From contig CAVZMI010000020.1 in NCBI GenBank assembly GCA_963776275.1, positions 96,001-160,000 on the forward strand: 64,000 bases of DNA, given 5' to 3'. Position 1 is the stretch's first letter; each line of letters opens with the position of its first letter. The notes below the pieces were generated by a model. That model worked only from the letters and a program-made list of their open reading frames with translations. It made no database searches and was not told the origin of the DNA. The position numbers and the translations under genes are program-made. This document shows positions 19,373 to 28,394 of the stretch, in pieces. Source of the stretch: Ignavibacteriota bacterium. GTDB lineage: Bacteria; Bacteroidota; Ignavibacteria; UBA10030; CAVZMI01.

Positions 19373-19669
19373 ATGACTACAGCCCTCGTATTACTCACTG
19401 TTGCTCACGACAAAGTATCAAAAGTTGCAGAACTGCTTGCCGAAATGCCGGGGATCACCGAAGTATATTCCGTCGCCGGGAGATTCGACCTCGTGGCCAT
19501 AATTCGTGTAAAAGAAAACGAGCAGCTCGCTACGATCGTCTCCGATAGAATCCGGAAAGTAGAGGGAATTGAGAAATCCGAAACACTCATCGCATTCCGT
19601 GTCTATTCCCGCTATGATCTGGAAATGGCTTTCTCGCTCGGTTCTCTCGGTTCGGAAAACGCACATTAA
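19373..19669 (+). CDS. Lrp/AsnC ligand-binding-domain protein
   Basis: EVYSVAGRFDLVA motif, no HTH domain. Confidence 0.85.
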   Translation: MTTALVLLTVAHDKVSKVAELLAEMPGITEVYSVAGRFDLVAIIRVKENEQLATIVSDRIRKVEGIEKSETLIAFRVYSRYDLEMAFSLGSLGSENAH

Positions 19670-20346
19670 TGATGGATATGAAATCGAAGCGATTCATCGA
19701 TGTCAGTCATACCATCGAACATGGCATGCCGACATATCCCGGAATTCCGGCGCCTGTGATAACTGATTTTCTTACAAGGTCGGATTCACGCAAGCATTAC
19801 GCTGACGGGACTGAGTTTTACATCGGTAAGATCGAGATGGCAGCCAATACCGGCACGTATATCGATTCACCGTTTCATCGCTATGAAAACGGGGCCGATC
19901 TTTCAGAGCTTCGGCTCGAATCTCTCGCCGATCTTGAAGGAATAATCATTCGCTGTCCATTTGTGAACGGCCGTGCAGTGAATAAACAATGTCTGGAAAA
20001 ATATGACGTGAAGGGAAAAGCCGTGCTTATTCACACGGGCTGGGACGTGCACTGGCATAGTGAACAGTATTTTCAGGGACATCCGTATCTTACAAGAGAT
20101 GCAGCCAATTTTCTTGTTCACGAAAGAGCAATCCTCATCGGCATCGATTCAATGAACATCGACGATACGGACGACCTCACCCGGCCGGTGCATTCTCTCC
20201 TTCTCAGAGCGAATATCCCAATCGTCGAGCATATGTGTAATCTTCAATCCGTCCCCGATCACGGATTCAAATTCTACGCAGTACCCGTCAAAATCCGGCA
20301 CTTTGGTTCTTTTTCTGTCCGTGCATTTTGTATCATCTCAGAATAA
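19669..20346 (+). CDS. Cyclase-family (kynurenine formamidase-like) protein
   Basis: NTGTYIDSPFH, LIHTGW, GIDS, IVEH. Confidence 0.85.
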   Translation: MMDMKSKRFIDVSHTIEHGMPTYPGIPAPVITDFLTRSDSRKHYADGTEFYIGKIEMAANTGTYIDSPFHRYENGADLSELRLESLADLEGIIIRCPFVNGRAVNKQCLEKYDVKGKAVLIHTGWDVHWHSEQYFQGHPYLTRDAANFLVHERAILIGIDSMNIDDTDDLTRPVHSLLLRANIPIVEHMCNLQSVPDHGFKFYAVPVKIRHFGSFSVRAFCIISE

Positions 20347-20363
20347 TTGTAGGGAGGAATATC

Positions 20364-20711
20364 ATGTTTTGTCCCAATTGCCGTGCAGAATATATTGATG
20401 GAATCACCGAGTGCAAAGAATGCGATGTTCCGCTTGTCGAATCGATCCCGGCTGAACCCGAGATGTATAAATTCGTCAAACTATTGTCGACTTTTAATCT
20501 CGTCGATATTGCAGTAATCAAATCCCTTCTCGACGACGGTGAGATTACTTATTACTTTATCGGAGAGAATTTCAACCAGATCGACCAGTTAGTACAACCG
20601 GCACGCCTCTTCGTCCGGGAAGATCAGGTTGAAGAAGCACGCGGACTTTTAAAAGACCTGAGTATTACGTATCTGGGACTTTCATCGTTATCCAGAGAAG
20701 AAGAAGAATAA
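20364..20711 (+). CDS. Zinc-ribbon/DUF2007-like small protein
   Basis: CPNC...CKEC then KSLL..GEI...LFVREDQVEEA; GGAGG RBS. Confidence 0.7.
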   Translation: MFCPNCRAEYIDGITECKECDVPLVESIPAEPEMYKFVKLLSTFNLVDIAVIKSLLDDGEITYYFIGENFNQIDQLVQPARLFVREDQVEEARGLLKDLSITYLGLSSLSREEEE

Positions 20712-20733
20712 ATAATTAATGAGATTCATGAAG

Positions 20734-20888
20734 TATGATTGATGATTTATAAATTTAAAAAACGACTCGGATTATTCATCCAAGGAACCTTTGATCCCTA
20801 TTACTTTGTAAATTTAGAGGTTAGACATCAGACTTTGTGATGAGGGAAAAAATGAAATGCCTTCTCCCCTCATAAATCATCAATCATA
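20734..20888. repeat. 17-bp perfect inverted repeat made of heptamer-period units
   Basis: tatgattgatgatttat (20734-20750) / ataaatcatcaatcata (20872-20888). Confidence 0.75.
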
Positions 20889-20925
20889 AATCGACAATAA
20901 AAAAAGTACTTTTTAAAAATAGATC

Positions 20926-21582
20926 ATGTATCAACGCGACTATTTGCTCCGCATGATCGAGATGCTTGCACGGGCCCTTTCCAAAGTCCTTGGCCAGAAA
21001 GACCTGAAGTCAACAGAGGATGCCCTCCTCGAAATAGATGATGCCGGTAAGATGTATATCGGACTCGGCTCGGCCATGGTTTCTTCTTTTTCAGATGAAG
21101 ACATGATCACCCTCTTCCATTCGGGCGGTACCTTTGATACAAATAAGTGTCTCGCTATTTCTGAGCTTCTATATGCCGAGGGACAGGTGTTTGAGCTTCG
21201 CAAGGATGACGACCAGTACCGTTTGCGGTATCAAAGATCACTCCATTTCCTCCTCGAGGCGTTAACAGAGGATAATGATATCGCGGTAGGATCATACGAC
21301 GAGAGAATCGACATTCTCCTACGGGGGCTTTATGATGTTGTATTGCCACCTGCCGTTATGAAAAAACTTTTTCATTATTATGAACAGCGGGGAGCGTATG
21401 CAAAAGCAGAGGATGTTCTGTTCGAACTTATTGAAACAAATCAGGCTGAAATGAAAAATGATGGAATCGGATTCTATAAACGTTTGTTATGTAAGACAGA
21501 CGATGAACTCCGGCGGGGAAATCTTCCCCGAAATGAAGTCGAAGAGGGAATGCAAGAATTGATGAAAAGATCGCAGATGTAA
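20926..21582 (+). CDS. DUF6483-like all-helical protein
   Basis: RDYLLRMIE start, YAKAEDVLF, GNLPRNEVEEG. Confidence 0.7.
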   Translation: MYQRDYLLRMIEMLARALSKVLGQKDLKSTEDALLEIDDAGKMYIGLGSAMVSSFSDEDMITLFHSGGTFDTNKCLAISELLYAEGQVFELRKDDDQYRLRYQRSLHFLLEALTEDNDIAVGSYDERIDILLRGLYDVVLPPAVMKKLFHYYEQRGAYAKAEDVLFELIETNQAEMKNDGIGFYKRLLCKTDDELRRGNLPRNEVEEGMQELMKRSQM

Positions 21583-21636
21583 GTCGGATTATCAAAGCCG
21601 GATCATCTATTATTTTACCATCAAAGGAGATACATT

Positions 21637-22479
21637 ATGCTCATATATAAACGAAAGTTGTGGACGGCATTTTATATCGTCATCATACTTGCTCTCTGTA
21701 TCGCTCAATCACAGTCACAGCAGCTTCAAGTACCGCGTTTGAGTCAGGGGGCAAAGATATCCCAGACTGTGGGTCTAAGCGAAATATCCGTCTCGTATCA
21801 TCGTCCCGGTGTGAAAGGACGGGAGATCTGGGGAAAGCTGGTCCCATACAACGAGATCTGGAGAACCGGCGCCAACGAACCGACGCTGGTGACATTGGGT
21901 GACGATACAATAATTGAAGGAAAGAAAATCGCCGCAGGAACATACCGCCTCGTGACTATCCCGACTCCCAAGGAATGGACGGTCGTTTTTAATACCGAGA
22001 CAAAGAACTGGGGGACGATTTACAATGCAAAGTATGACAGCATCCGGTTTAAAGTCATACCTGAATCCGGTCCGCACGAAGAGTGGATGTCGTTCAATTT
22101 CACCGATCTCACTCCGAATTCAGCTCGCCTTGTTCTGGCATGGGAAAAACTTAGGATCGGATTCAAGATCGAATTCAATACGCTTTCAAAACTTCAGGCT
22201 TCCATGGGTAAATGGGAGGTATTGAATGAAGCGGCACGATTTTCCCTTGATAACAAGTTGTATTTGAACGAAGCGATGACATGGATTGACCGATCGATCG
22301 CTCTCGATAAAAATTATTTTAACCTGAGAACAAAAGCCGAACTACTGGCCCGTTCCGGAAAATACAGCGTAGCAATAACCACAGCGGAAGAGGCGATCAA
22401 AGTCGGAAAAACGAAAGATCAGAAACTCGACACATCCGTAGTCGAGAAGCTTATCGCTGACTGGAAAACAAAGAAATAA
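21637..22479 (+). CDS. DUF2911 domain protein with TPR-like C-terminus
   Basis: YHRPGVKGREIWGKLVPY..WRTGANE. Confidence 0.85.
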   Translation: MLIYKRKLWTAFYIVIILALCIAQSQSQQLQVPRLSQGAKISQTVGLSEISVSYHRPGVKGREIWGKLVPYNEIWRTGANEPTLVTLGDDTIIEGKKIAAGTYRLVTIPTPKEWTVVFNTETKNWGTIYNAKYDSIRFKVIPESGPHEEWMSFNFTDLTPNSARLVLAWEKLRIGFKIEFNTLSKLQASMGKWEVLNEAARFSLDNKLYLNEAMTWIDRSIALDKNYFNLRTKAELLARSGKYSVAITTAEEAIKVGKTKDQKLDTSVVEKLIADWKTKK

Positions 22480-22680
22480 CAATGAGATTGCCGGGGTATG
22501 TCGATATCCTTAAAAAAGTTAAAAATGTAAGCAGGAATCGGATTCTCTTGACATTATCCACCACATTTCGTAATCTATATCGAATCACATTTGTCGCCTC
22601 CGGACTTGAATTGATATCTCAATCCCTGATGTGCAAAAATTTTATTTATTCCGAATTATCACATTCTTCAAGAGTATCGG

Positions 22681-23898
22681 ATGAAATTAAGGACTAGAAG
22701 CATTCTCCCCGGAATTATTCTGGGTATTATTGTAGGAACGATGTTGATATATCTGTGGATATATCTCGGGATTCCCGTTTTTTCTCTTCGTACATATTTT
22801 GTTTTCTTTATCCTTTGCTATGTCAATATCTACATCCATGAACTAGGACATGTTCTTGCCGCTAAGTCAGTGCACTTCAAGGTAAATAGGGTGATGATTG
22901 GTAATGGCCGGACAATTTTTCAAAAGCACATGTTCGGCATCCTCGTTGTGATTACCAGGGGAATCGCCAGCGGTCAGACATTTTTGAGTACACATGATTC
23001 AACAAATATTCGAACACGCATGGCAATCGTTTCGGGTGGAGGATTACTCCTACAGACGTTGGCAATATTGGCAGTCATTATTCTGGGAGATTTCGACATC
23101 AATAGATTCCTGGGCAGACATAATTTTCATCTACCGACGATATTTGTCATGTCCAATATCTTTATGGCCGCCTCAGCGATATTGCCAATAAAGGTTGCAT
23201 CACGCGGCATCAGGATACCCAGTGATGGATTACGATTGCTAAAAGCGCCTTTTATGAAGGAGGAGGAAATTGCAGAGTTTCTGGCATACAGCGATGTGAT
23301 TGAAGCGCAGGAATTGTTCGAGAATCAAAACTACCATGCTGCGAACGAGATATATCGAAGATCTCTTGAGAAATTTCCTTTATCCGGGGTACCTGTTCTT
23401 TCCTATTCGATGTCGCTTATTCGTCTTCATCAATACGACGAGGCGGTAGCGACACTCGAGTCAGTCCTTCACCGAGCACACGATCATAAGTATGACATAG
23501 GTCTTAATAATAACATTGCATGGGCATATTTGTTAAAGAACGACCCAGAATCACTTCAAAAAGCTGGAATATATTCAGAAAGGGCATATAATGAGAATCA
23601 TTCTGTTCCCCCGATCGTTGGTACCCGGGGTTGTGTTTTGATTGAATTAGGGCAACTCGATGAGGGAATAAGACTTCTTAAACAGGTCTCGTCGCTTCAT
23701 AGTGCAATTGATGAGAAAACGAACAATGCTGCCGAATTCGTATATCTGGCCTTTGCGTATTTTCAAAAAGAAAAACCAAACGAGGCAATACGTTACCTGA
23801 ATCATTTAGATCGCTATTCATCAAAAATAGATGCTGATTCACGCTACTTGTTTGATCTCATGAAAAACAAAACAAATAATTTTGGACATTATGTATGA
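22681..23898 (+). CDS. M50-family (site-2) metalloprotease with TPR repeats
   Basis: HELGH in TM region, PSDG motif, TPR C-terminus. Confidence 0.8.
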   Translation: MKLRTRSILPGIILGIIVGTMLIYLWIYLGIPVFSLRTYFVFFILCYVNIYIHELGHVLAAKSVHFKVNRVMIGNGRTIFQKHMFGILVVITRGIASGQTFLSTHDSTNIRTRMAIVSGGGLLLQTLAILAVIILGDFDINRFLGRHNFHLPTIFVMSNIFMAASAILPIKVASRGIRIPSDGLRLLKAPFMKEEEIAEFLAYSDVIEAQELFENQNYHAANEIYRRSLEKFPLSGVPVLSYSMSLIRLHQYDEAVATLESVLHRAHDHKYDIGLNNNIAWAYLLKNDPESLQKAGIYSERAYNENHSVPPIVGTRGCVLIELGQLDEGIRLLKQVSSLHSAIDEKTNNAAEFVYLAFAYFQKEKPNEAIRYLNHLDRYSSKIDADSRYLFDLMKNKTNNFGHYV

Positions 23899-24215
23899 AA
23901 CATCTTCTCAAAGCTCTACTCCTCGGCGTATGCGCCGGTGTTATTGATGTCATTCCCATGATCGCTCAAGGACTCAATTGGTACGCGAACGCCTCGGCTT
24001 TCATTCAATGGATTGTTCTGGGGATCATCATTACACACATCGAGATCGGTCTGAAAAGCTGGTTGAAGGGACTCGTCGTGGCCGAACTCTGTGCAATCCC
24101 GATTATGATTATTGTCTCGATGGATGGCTTCTCTGCAGTTATCCCGATCATTGTGGCGACAGCGATCCTGGGTAGTTGCATTGGATACTTTGGCGATAAA
24201 TATGTCAGAAAATAA
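23895..24215 (+). CDS. Small four-TM hypothetical membrane protein
   Basis: Hydrophobic helices, ATGA overlap with the upstream gene. Confidence 0.7.
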   Translation: MKHLLKALLLGVCAGVIDVIPMIAQGLNWYANASAFIQWIVLGIIITHIEIGLKSWLKGLVVAELCAIPIMIIVSMDGFSAVIPIIVATAILGSCIGYFGDKYVRK

Positions 24216-24335
24216 ATCCATCGCAAAAAAAGCCCGTTCGTTTTACAATACCGGCGTTCAAAGTTTGATTTCTTAAACATAATTCCGTACCATCACAATA
24301 TATTATGTGATACTCCTTAGAGAGGATACTGCGCC

Positions 24336-25124
24336 ATGAAGTATTATCACGTTGACGCGTTTACAAGCAAAATATTTGCCGGTAACCCGGCTGGCGTTTG
24401 CATCCTGACAGCGCCAAAAGATGAACAATGGATGCAAAATATTGCCGCAGAAATGAACCTCCCCATAACGGCATTTTTAATGAAGCAAGAGAACAGTTTT
24501 GACCTCCGGTGGTTTACACCGACCAGTGAAATCGGTCTCTGCGGCCATGGGACGCTTGCTTCAGCTCATATCCTTCGCGAAAAAGGAATACTTCGTGTTG
24601 ATGAAAAAGCGAGGTTTCTTACAAAGAGCGGACCACTCATCGCTTCAAAAGTAGGTAACCTTATCGAGCTTGATTTTCCGCTTGAAGAAATTCGAGAGGC
24701 CGCGGCTCCGCCCGATCTACTCGAAGAACTGAAAGTACAACCTACGTATGTCGGCAAGAGTCGTACGGACTATCTCATTGAGGTAGAATCGGAAGAAATT
24801 CTTCGAAATATCGCACCCGATTTTGCCCTTTTGAAAAAAGTTAAAATGCGCGGGGTGATGATAACGAGTCGTTCATCCAACCCTGCATTTGATTTTGTTT
24901 CACGATTCTTCGCTCCCGCTGTCGGTGTCAATGAGGATCACGTCACCGGTTCATCGCATTGCTGCCTCGGCCCGTATTGGCAAAAGAAGTTAAACAAAAC
25001 CAACCTCCTCGCCTATCAGGCGTCCGCGCGAGGCGGTGTCGTTAGTGTAAGGATCGGCAACGAGAGAGTTTTTCTCGGTGGCGAAGCAGTCACTGTCTTC
25101 ACGGCAGATCTCAAAGACGAATAG
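24336..25124 (+). CDS. PhzF-family isomerase
   Basis: VDAFT..FAGNPAGV, LRWFTP..E..LCGHGTLA, EDHVTGS. Confidence 0.92.
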   Translation: MKYYHVDAFTSKIFAGNPAGVCILTAPKDEQWMQNIAAEMNLPITAFLMKQENSFDLRWFTPTSEIGLCGHGTLASAHILREKGILRVDEKARFLTKSGPLIASKVGNLIELDFPLEEIREAAAPPDLLEELKVQPTYVGKSRTDYLIEVESEEILRNIAPDFALLKKVKMRGVMITSRSSNPAFDFVSRFFAPAVGVNEDHVTGSSHCCLGPYWQKKLNKTNLLAYQASARGGVVSVRIGNERVFLGGEAVTVFTADLKDE

Positions 25125-25253
25125 GTACGAATCAGAAACAAAATATCATCACAGCACGACTTATAATCCCTTGCATTTGTTCAATTATCCTGATATTCTA
25201 CTATATCTTCTCCACGACAAATATCTTGATTATATGGAAAGGAACTCTTTAAT

Positions 25254-26096
25254 ATGAAAAAAATGCTTCTATTAACCTTTCTTTTCATTTTCTTTATTCG
25301 AATTACCTATGCTCAGAGCGTCGAGCGCTACAGCAGCAATCCCATTCCGAGACTGAACGTCGTTGCTCTCGCGCTTGCTGAAGATATGGCGACGGCCAAA
25401 AAGAACGTCGAAGAAAATTTTCGAGGCAATATGAAGATGGAGATGAAGTATCCGATACTGGTGGATTCAACATACAAGAAATTGAAGGAACAGAAAACAT
25501 TCGATATTTCCTTTTTCGGGAAAAGTACAAGCGGCAAGAAATTTTATTCCTATGCCGATTCTGTTCTGGCCTTGAATGCAAATCTCTCCAGCATTATTGT
25601 AGTTGACCGCCAGAAAAAGGTCCGGGCCATTTCGCAGGCTCTGATGGTCGATATTGAGCAGTTCTGCCATCTTATCGAGGAGCTTCTTTTAAACCTTGAT
25701 GGAAAGGAAATCATCGATATTGCAGTCGAAAAGGGATGGTCTACAGACCTTGCAAAGGAAAATTACGACAAGAAACCTAAGGCATTGATCAATCTTGGTC
25801 CCGGTGATGAAGATCGATGGTATGCATACCTCGGTAAAAAAATACCGGATCTGAAATTGAAAACTCTCGATGGCACCGATACCACACTCTATGGTGCCGT
25901 GAATGGAAAGGTTACCGTATTGTTTGTATTCGCCGCTTCCGTGGAACCCGACGTATTACAGAACATAGCCGGTACGGCAATGACAGCCAAACTTATGGAT
26001 AATCTGTATCACGGTTTTGGTCTTGGCGAAGTGGAACCGGGAAGCGAATTTGTAAAAAATGCGGTGACCGATAGCACGGAACTTATCCGCAAATAA
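25254..26096 (+). CDS. Hypothetical secreted protein
   Basis: Signal peptide; C-terminal part weakly redoxin-like, without CxxC. Confidence 0.6.
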   Translation: MKKMLLLTFLFIFFIRITYAQSVERYSSNPIPRLNVVALALAEDMATAKKNVEENFRGNMKMEMKYPILVDSTYKKLKEQKTFDISFFGKSTSGKKFYSYADSVLALNANLSSIIVVDRQKKVRAISQALMVDIEQFCHLIEELLLNLDGKEIIDIAVEKGWSTDLAKENYDKKPKALINLGPGDEDRWYAYLGKKIPDLKLKTLDGTDTTLYGAVNGKVTVLFVFAASVEPDVLQNIAGTAMTAKLMDNLYHGFGLGEVEPGSEFVKNAVTDSTELIRK

Positions 26097-26119
26097 ATCT
26101 CGTGTCACATACGCATGAA

Positions 26120-26161
26120 AAAAAATCCAGGTGAGGATGAAACTCCACGCTTGGATTTTTT
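26120..26161. terminator. Probable bidirectional intrinsic terminator
   Basis: aaaaaatcca...tggatttttt hairpin between convergent genes. Confidence 0.55.
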
Positions 26162-26232
26162 CTTTTAGTAAAGCCGTAATTCAGTAAATGATTACAATCC
26201 CTTTGTACTATTATATATTGTCTCTTTTCAAC

Positions 26233-26264
26233 ATTCACAATTCACCATTCACCATTCACAATTC
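26233..26264. repeat. Heptamer tandem tract (ATTCACM)n
   Basis: attcaca attcacc attcacc attcaca attc. Confidence 0.75.
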
Positions 26265-26274
26265 CTATAGCCAT

Positions 26275-27612
26275 TTAAAAAGAGTATCCGCTTTCACCAT
26301 GCTGACTCAGGTCAAGTCCTTCTAATTCATCCTGATCTTCAACCCGTAAACCCATCAATTTTTGCAGGACTTTCAGCATTACCCATGTCATGGTAAAAGA
26401 ATATATAATTGCGACAATAACGCTTAATGCCTGTACTCCAAGAAGTGAAATATTTCCCAGAAGAAGACCATCCGAACCAGACGGATTAATGAGTTTCGAA
26501 GCAAAGATACCTGTCGCAAGTGCACCAAGAGTACCACCGACACCATGAACCCCGACAACATCGAGTGAATCATCGTAATTAAACCGACTCTTGAATCTGA
26601 TTGCTGTGTAGCATAATGCTCCGGCGAGTATTCCGATAACAATTGCTGCTAACGGACCGACAAAGCCCGAGGCCGGTGTTATGGCAACGAGTCCTGCGAC
26701 ACAGCCTGATGCTGCGCCGAGAACCGTGGGTTTACCACGTTGTAACCATTCGACCACAAGCCACGATAAAGTGGCGGCCGCGGCTGCACAATGCGTAGCG
26801 GTAAATGCGGAGACGGCAAGAGCACCCGAAGCGATTGCGCTGCCAGCATTGAACCCGAACCAGCCAAACCAGAGTAAGGCTGCGCCGGTGAGCGTCATCG
26901 TGAGATTATGTGGCGGTGTAAGCTCTCCGGTGTGTCCTCGTCGCCGTCCGATGACCAGCGCTGCTGCGAGAGCAGAAATACCGGAACTGATATGGACAAC
27001 AAGTCCGCCGGCAAAATCAAGCGCACCGAGATTTCTTATCCACCCCCCTGTTCCCCATACCCAGTGCGCTATCGGGTCATAGACAATCGTCGACCACAAA
27101 AAAAGAAAAACAAGATATGTTTTAAATTTGAATCTTTCGGCAAATGCACCGGTTATGAGTGCGGGGGTAATAACCGCGAACATCATCTGAAACATCATGA
27201 AGGCCTGATGGGGAACCGTTGCACCGTAGTCGGCATTTGGTTCTAATCCGACTCCGTTAAGTCCGGCCCACGAAAGATTTCCTATAATGTGGCCGACATC
27301 CGGTCCGAATGCAAGACTGTAGCCCCACAGTACCCACTGGATTGAAATAATTCCCAGAGCTACAAAGCTTTGCATAATCGTTCCGAGAACATTCTTGCGT
27401 CTCACCATACCGCCGTAAAATAATGCAAGGCCGGGTGTCATCAGCATTACCAGAGCGGTAGCGATTAAAAGCCACGCAGTATCGGCAGTATCAACATGAA
27501 CGGCAGATGCAGTCCCCTGTGCCTCGACTACTGTCGTGTTTAACAAGAACAGCATGATATACCCCGCTAATTCTAACACTTTTTTGTTTTTTGGGAACTC
27601 TGCTTTTTCCAT
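26275..27612 (-). CDS. amtB: Ammonium transporter
   Basis: PGLALFYGG, DFAGGLVVH, WFGWFGFNAGS, DDSLDVVGVHG. Confidence 0.96.
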   Translation of the reverse strand: MEKAEFPKNKKVLELAGYIMLFLLNTTVVEAQGTASAVHVDTADTAWLLIATALVMLMTPGLALFYGGMVRRKNVLGTIMQSFVALGIISIQWVLWGYSLAFGPDVGHIIGNLSWAGLNGVGLEPNADYGATVPHQAFMMFQMMFAVITPALITGAFAERFKFKTYLVFLFLWSTIVYDPIAHWVWGTGGWIRNLGALDFAGGLVVHISSGISALAAALVIGRRRGHTGELTPPHNLTMTLTGAALLWFGWFGFNAGSAIASGALAVSAFTATHCAAAAATLSWLVVEWLQRGKPTVLGAASGCVAGLVAITPASGFVGPLAAIVIGILAGALCYTAIRFKSRFNYDDSLDVVGVHGVGGTLGALATGIFASKLINPSGSDGLLLGNISLLGVQALSVIVAIIYSFTMTWVMLKVLQKLMGLRVEDQDELEGLDLSQHGESGYSF

Positions 27613-27815
27613 GATGTTTCCCGGGAAATATATTATTAATGTATTTTAATATGTTAACCTTAATTATTAAGGTACTGTTATCATAAATATATAATTATTG
27701 AGTATATTGTCAAGTCCTACTTTCATTATTAGATATAGCGGGTTTCCCGTGAGTGTCGTACATTGTATCTACCGGCTCGTTCATCACGGATATATTACAA
27801 ACGAAGATTCATCGA

Positions 27816-28283
27816 ATGATCACAGTGCACTTCGTCACAACAGCGGATGAAATTAAGATTATCCGCGCTCTTTTCACAGAATACGAGTTTTCTCTCGGTA
27901 TAGATTTATCGTTCCAAAAATTTGACGAGGAGCTCGGCACACTCCCGGGTGAGTATTCGCCGCCAGCAGGTCGTTTAATCCTTGCATATAGAAGCGACGA
28001 ACCGGCAGGGTGTGCTGCGGTACAGAAAATTATGGATGATATCTGCGAATTAAAACGTATGTATGTTCGTCCGGCCTTCAGAGGTCAGGGAATTGGAAAA
28101 CAGCTTGCCGTTGCTGCAATCGAAGCGGCACGACAGATTGGATACCACCGGATGCGCCTTGATACACTGCCGGACATGACGGCGGCAATTACCCTTTATC
28201 AATCACTCGGCTTTACATACATCCTTCCGTATCGTCATAATCCCGTCCCCGGTGCATTTTTCATGGAACTGAAACTGCAATAA
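27816..28283 (+). CDS. GNAT-family N-acetyltransferase
   Basis: ELKRMYVRPAFRGQGIG, RLDTLP, LYQSLGF. Confidence 0.9.
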   Translation: MITVHFVTTADEIKIIRALFTEYEFSLGIDLSFQKFDEELGTLPGEYSPPAGRLILAYRSDEPAGCAAVQKIMDDICELKRMYVRPAFRGQGIGKQLAVAAIEAARQIGYHRMRLDTLPDMTAAITLYQSLGFTYILPYRHNPVPGAFFMELKLQ

Positions 28284-28394
28284 TGCATTATCATTATCTC
28301 TTTTACGAAATGTTCCTTTTTTTAATTTCTTCATTGAATCAAATCGCATACTTGATTATATTAACTATTCATTCGTAAGAAGGATTATGTCTTT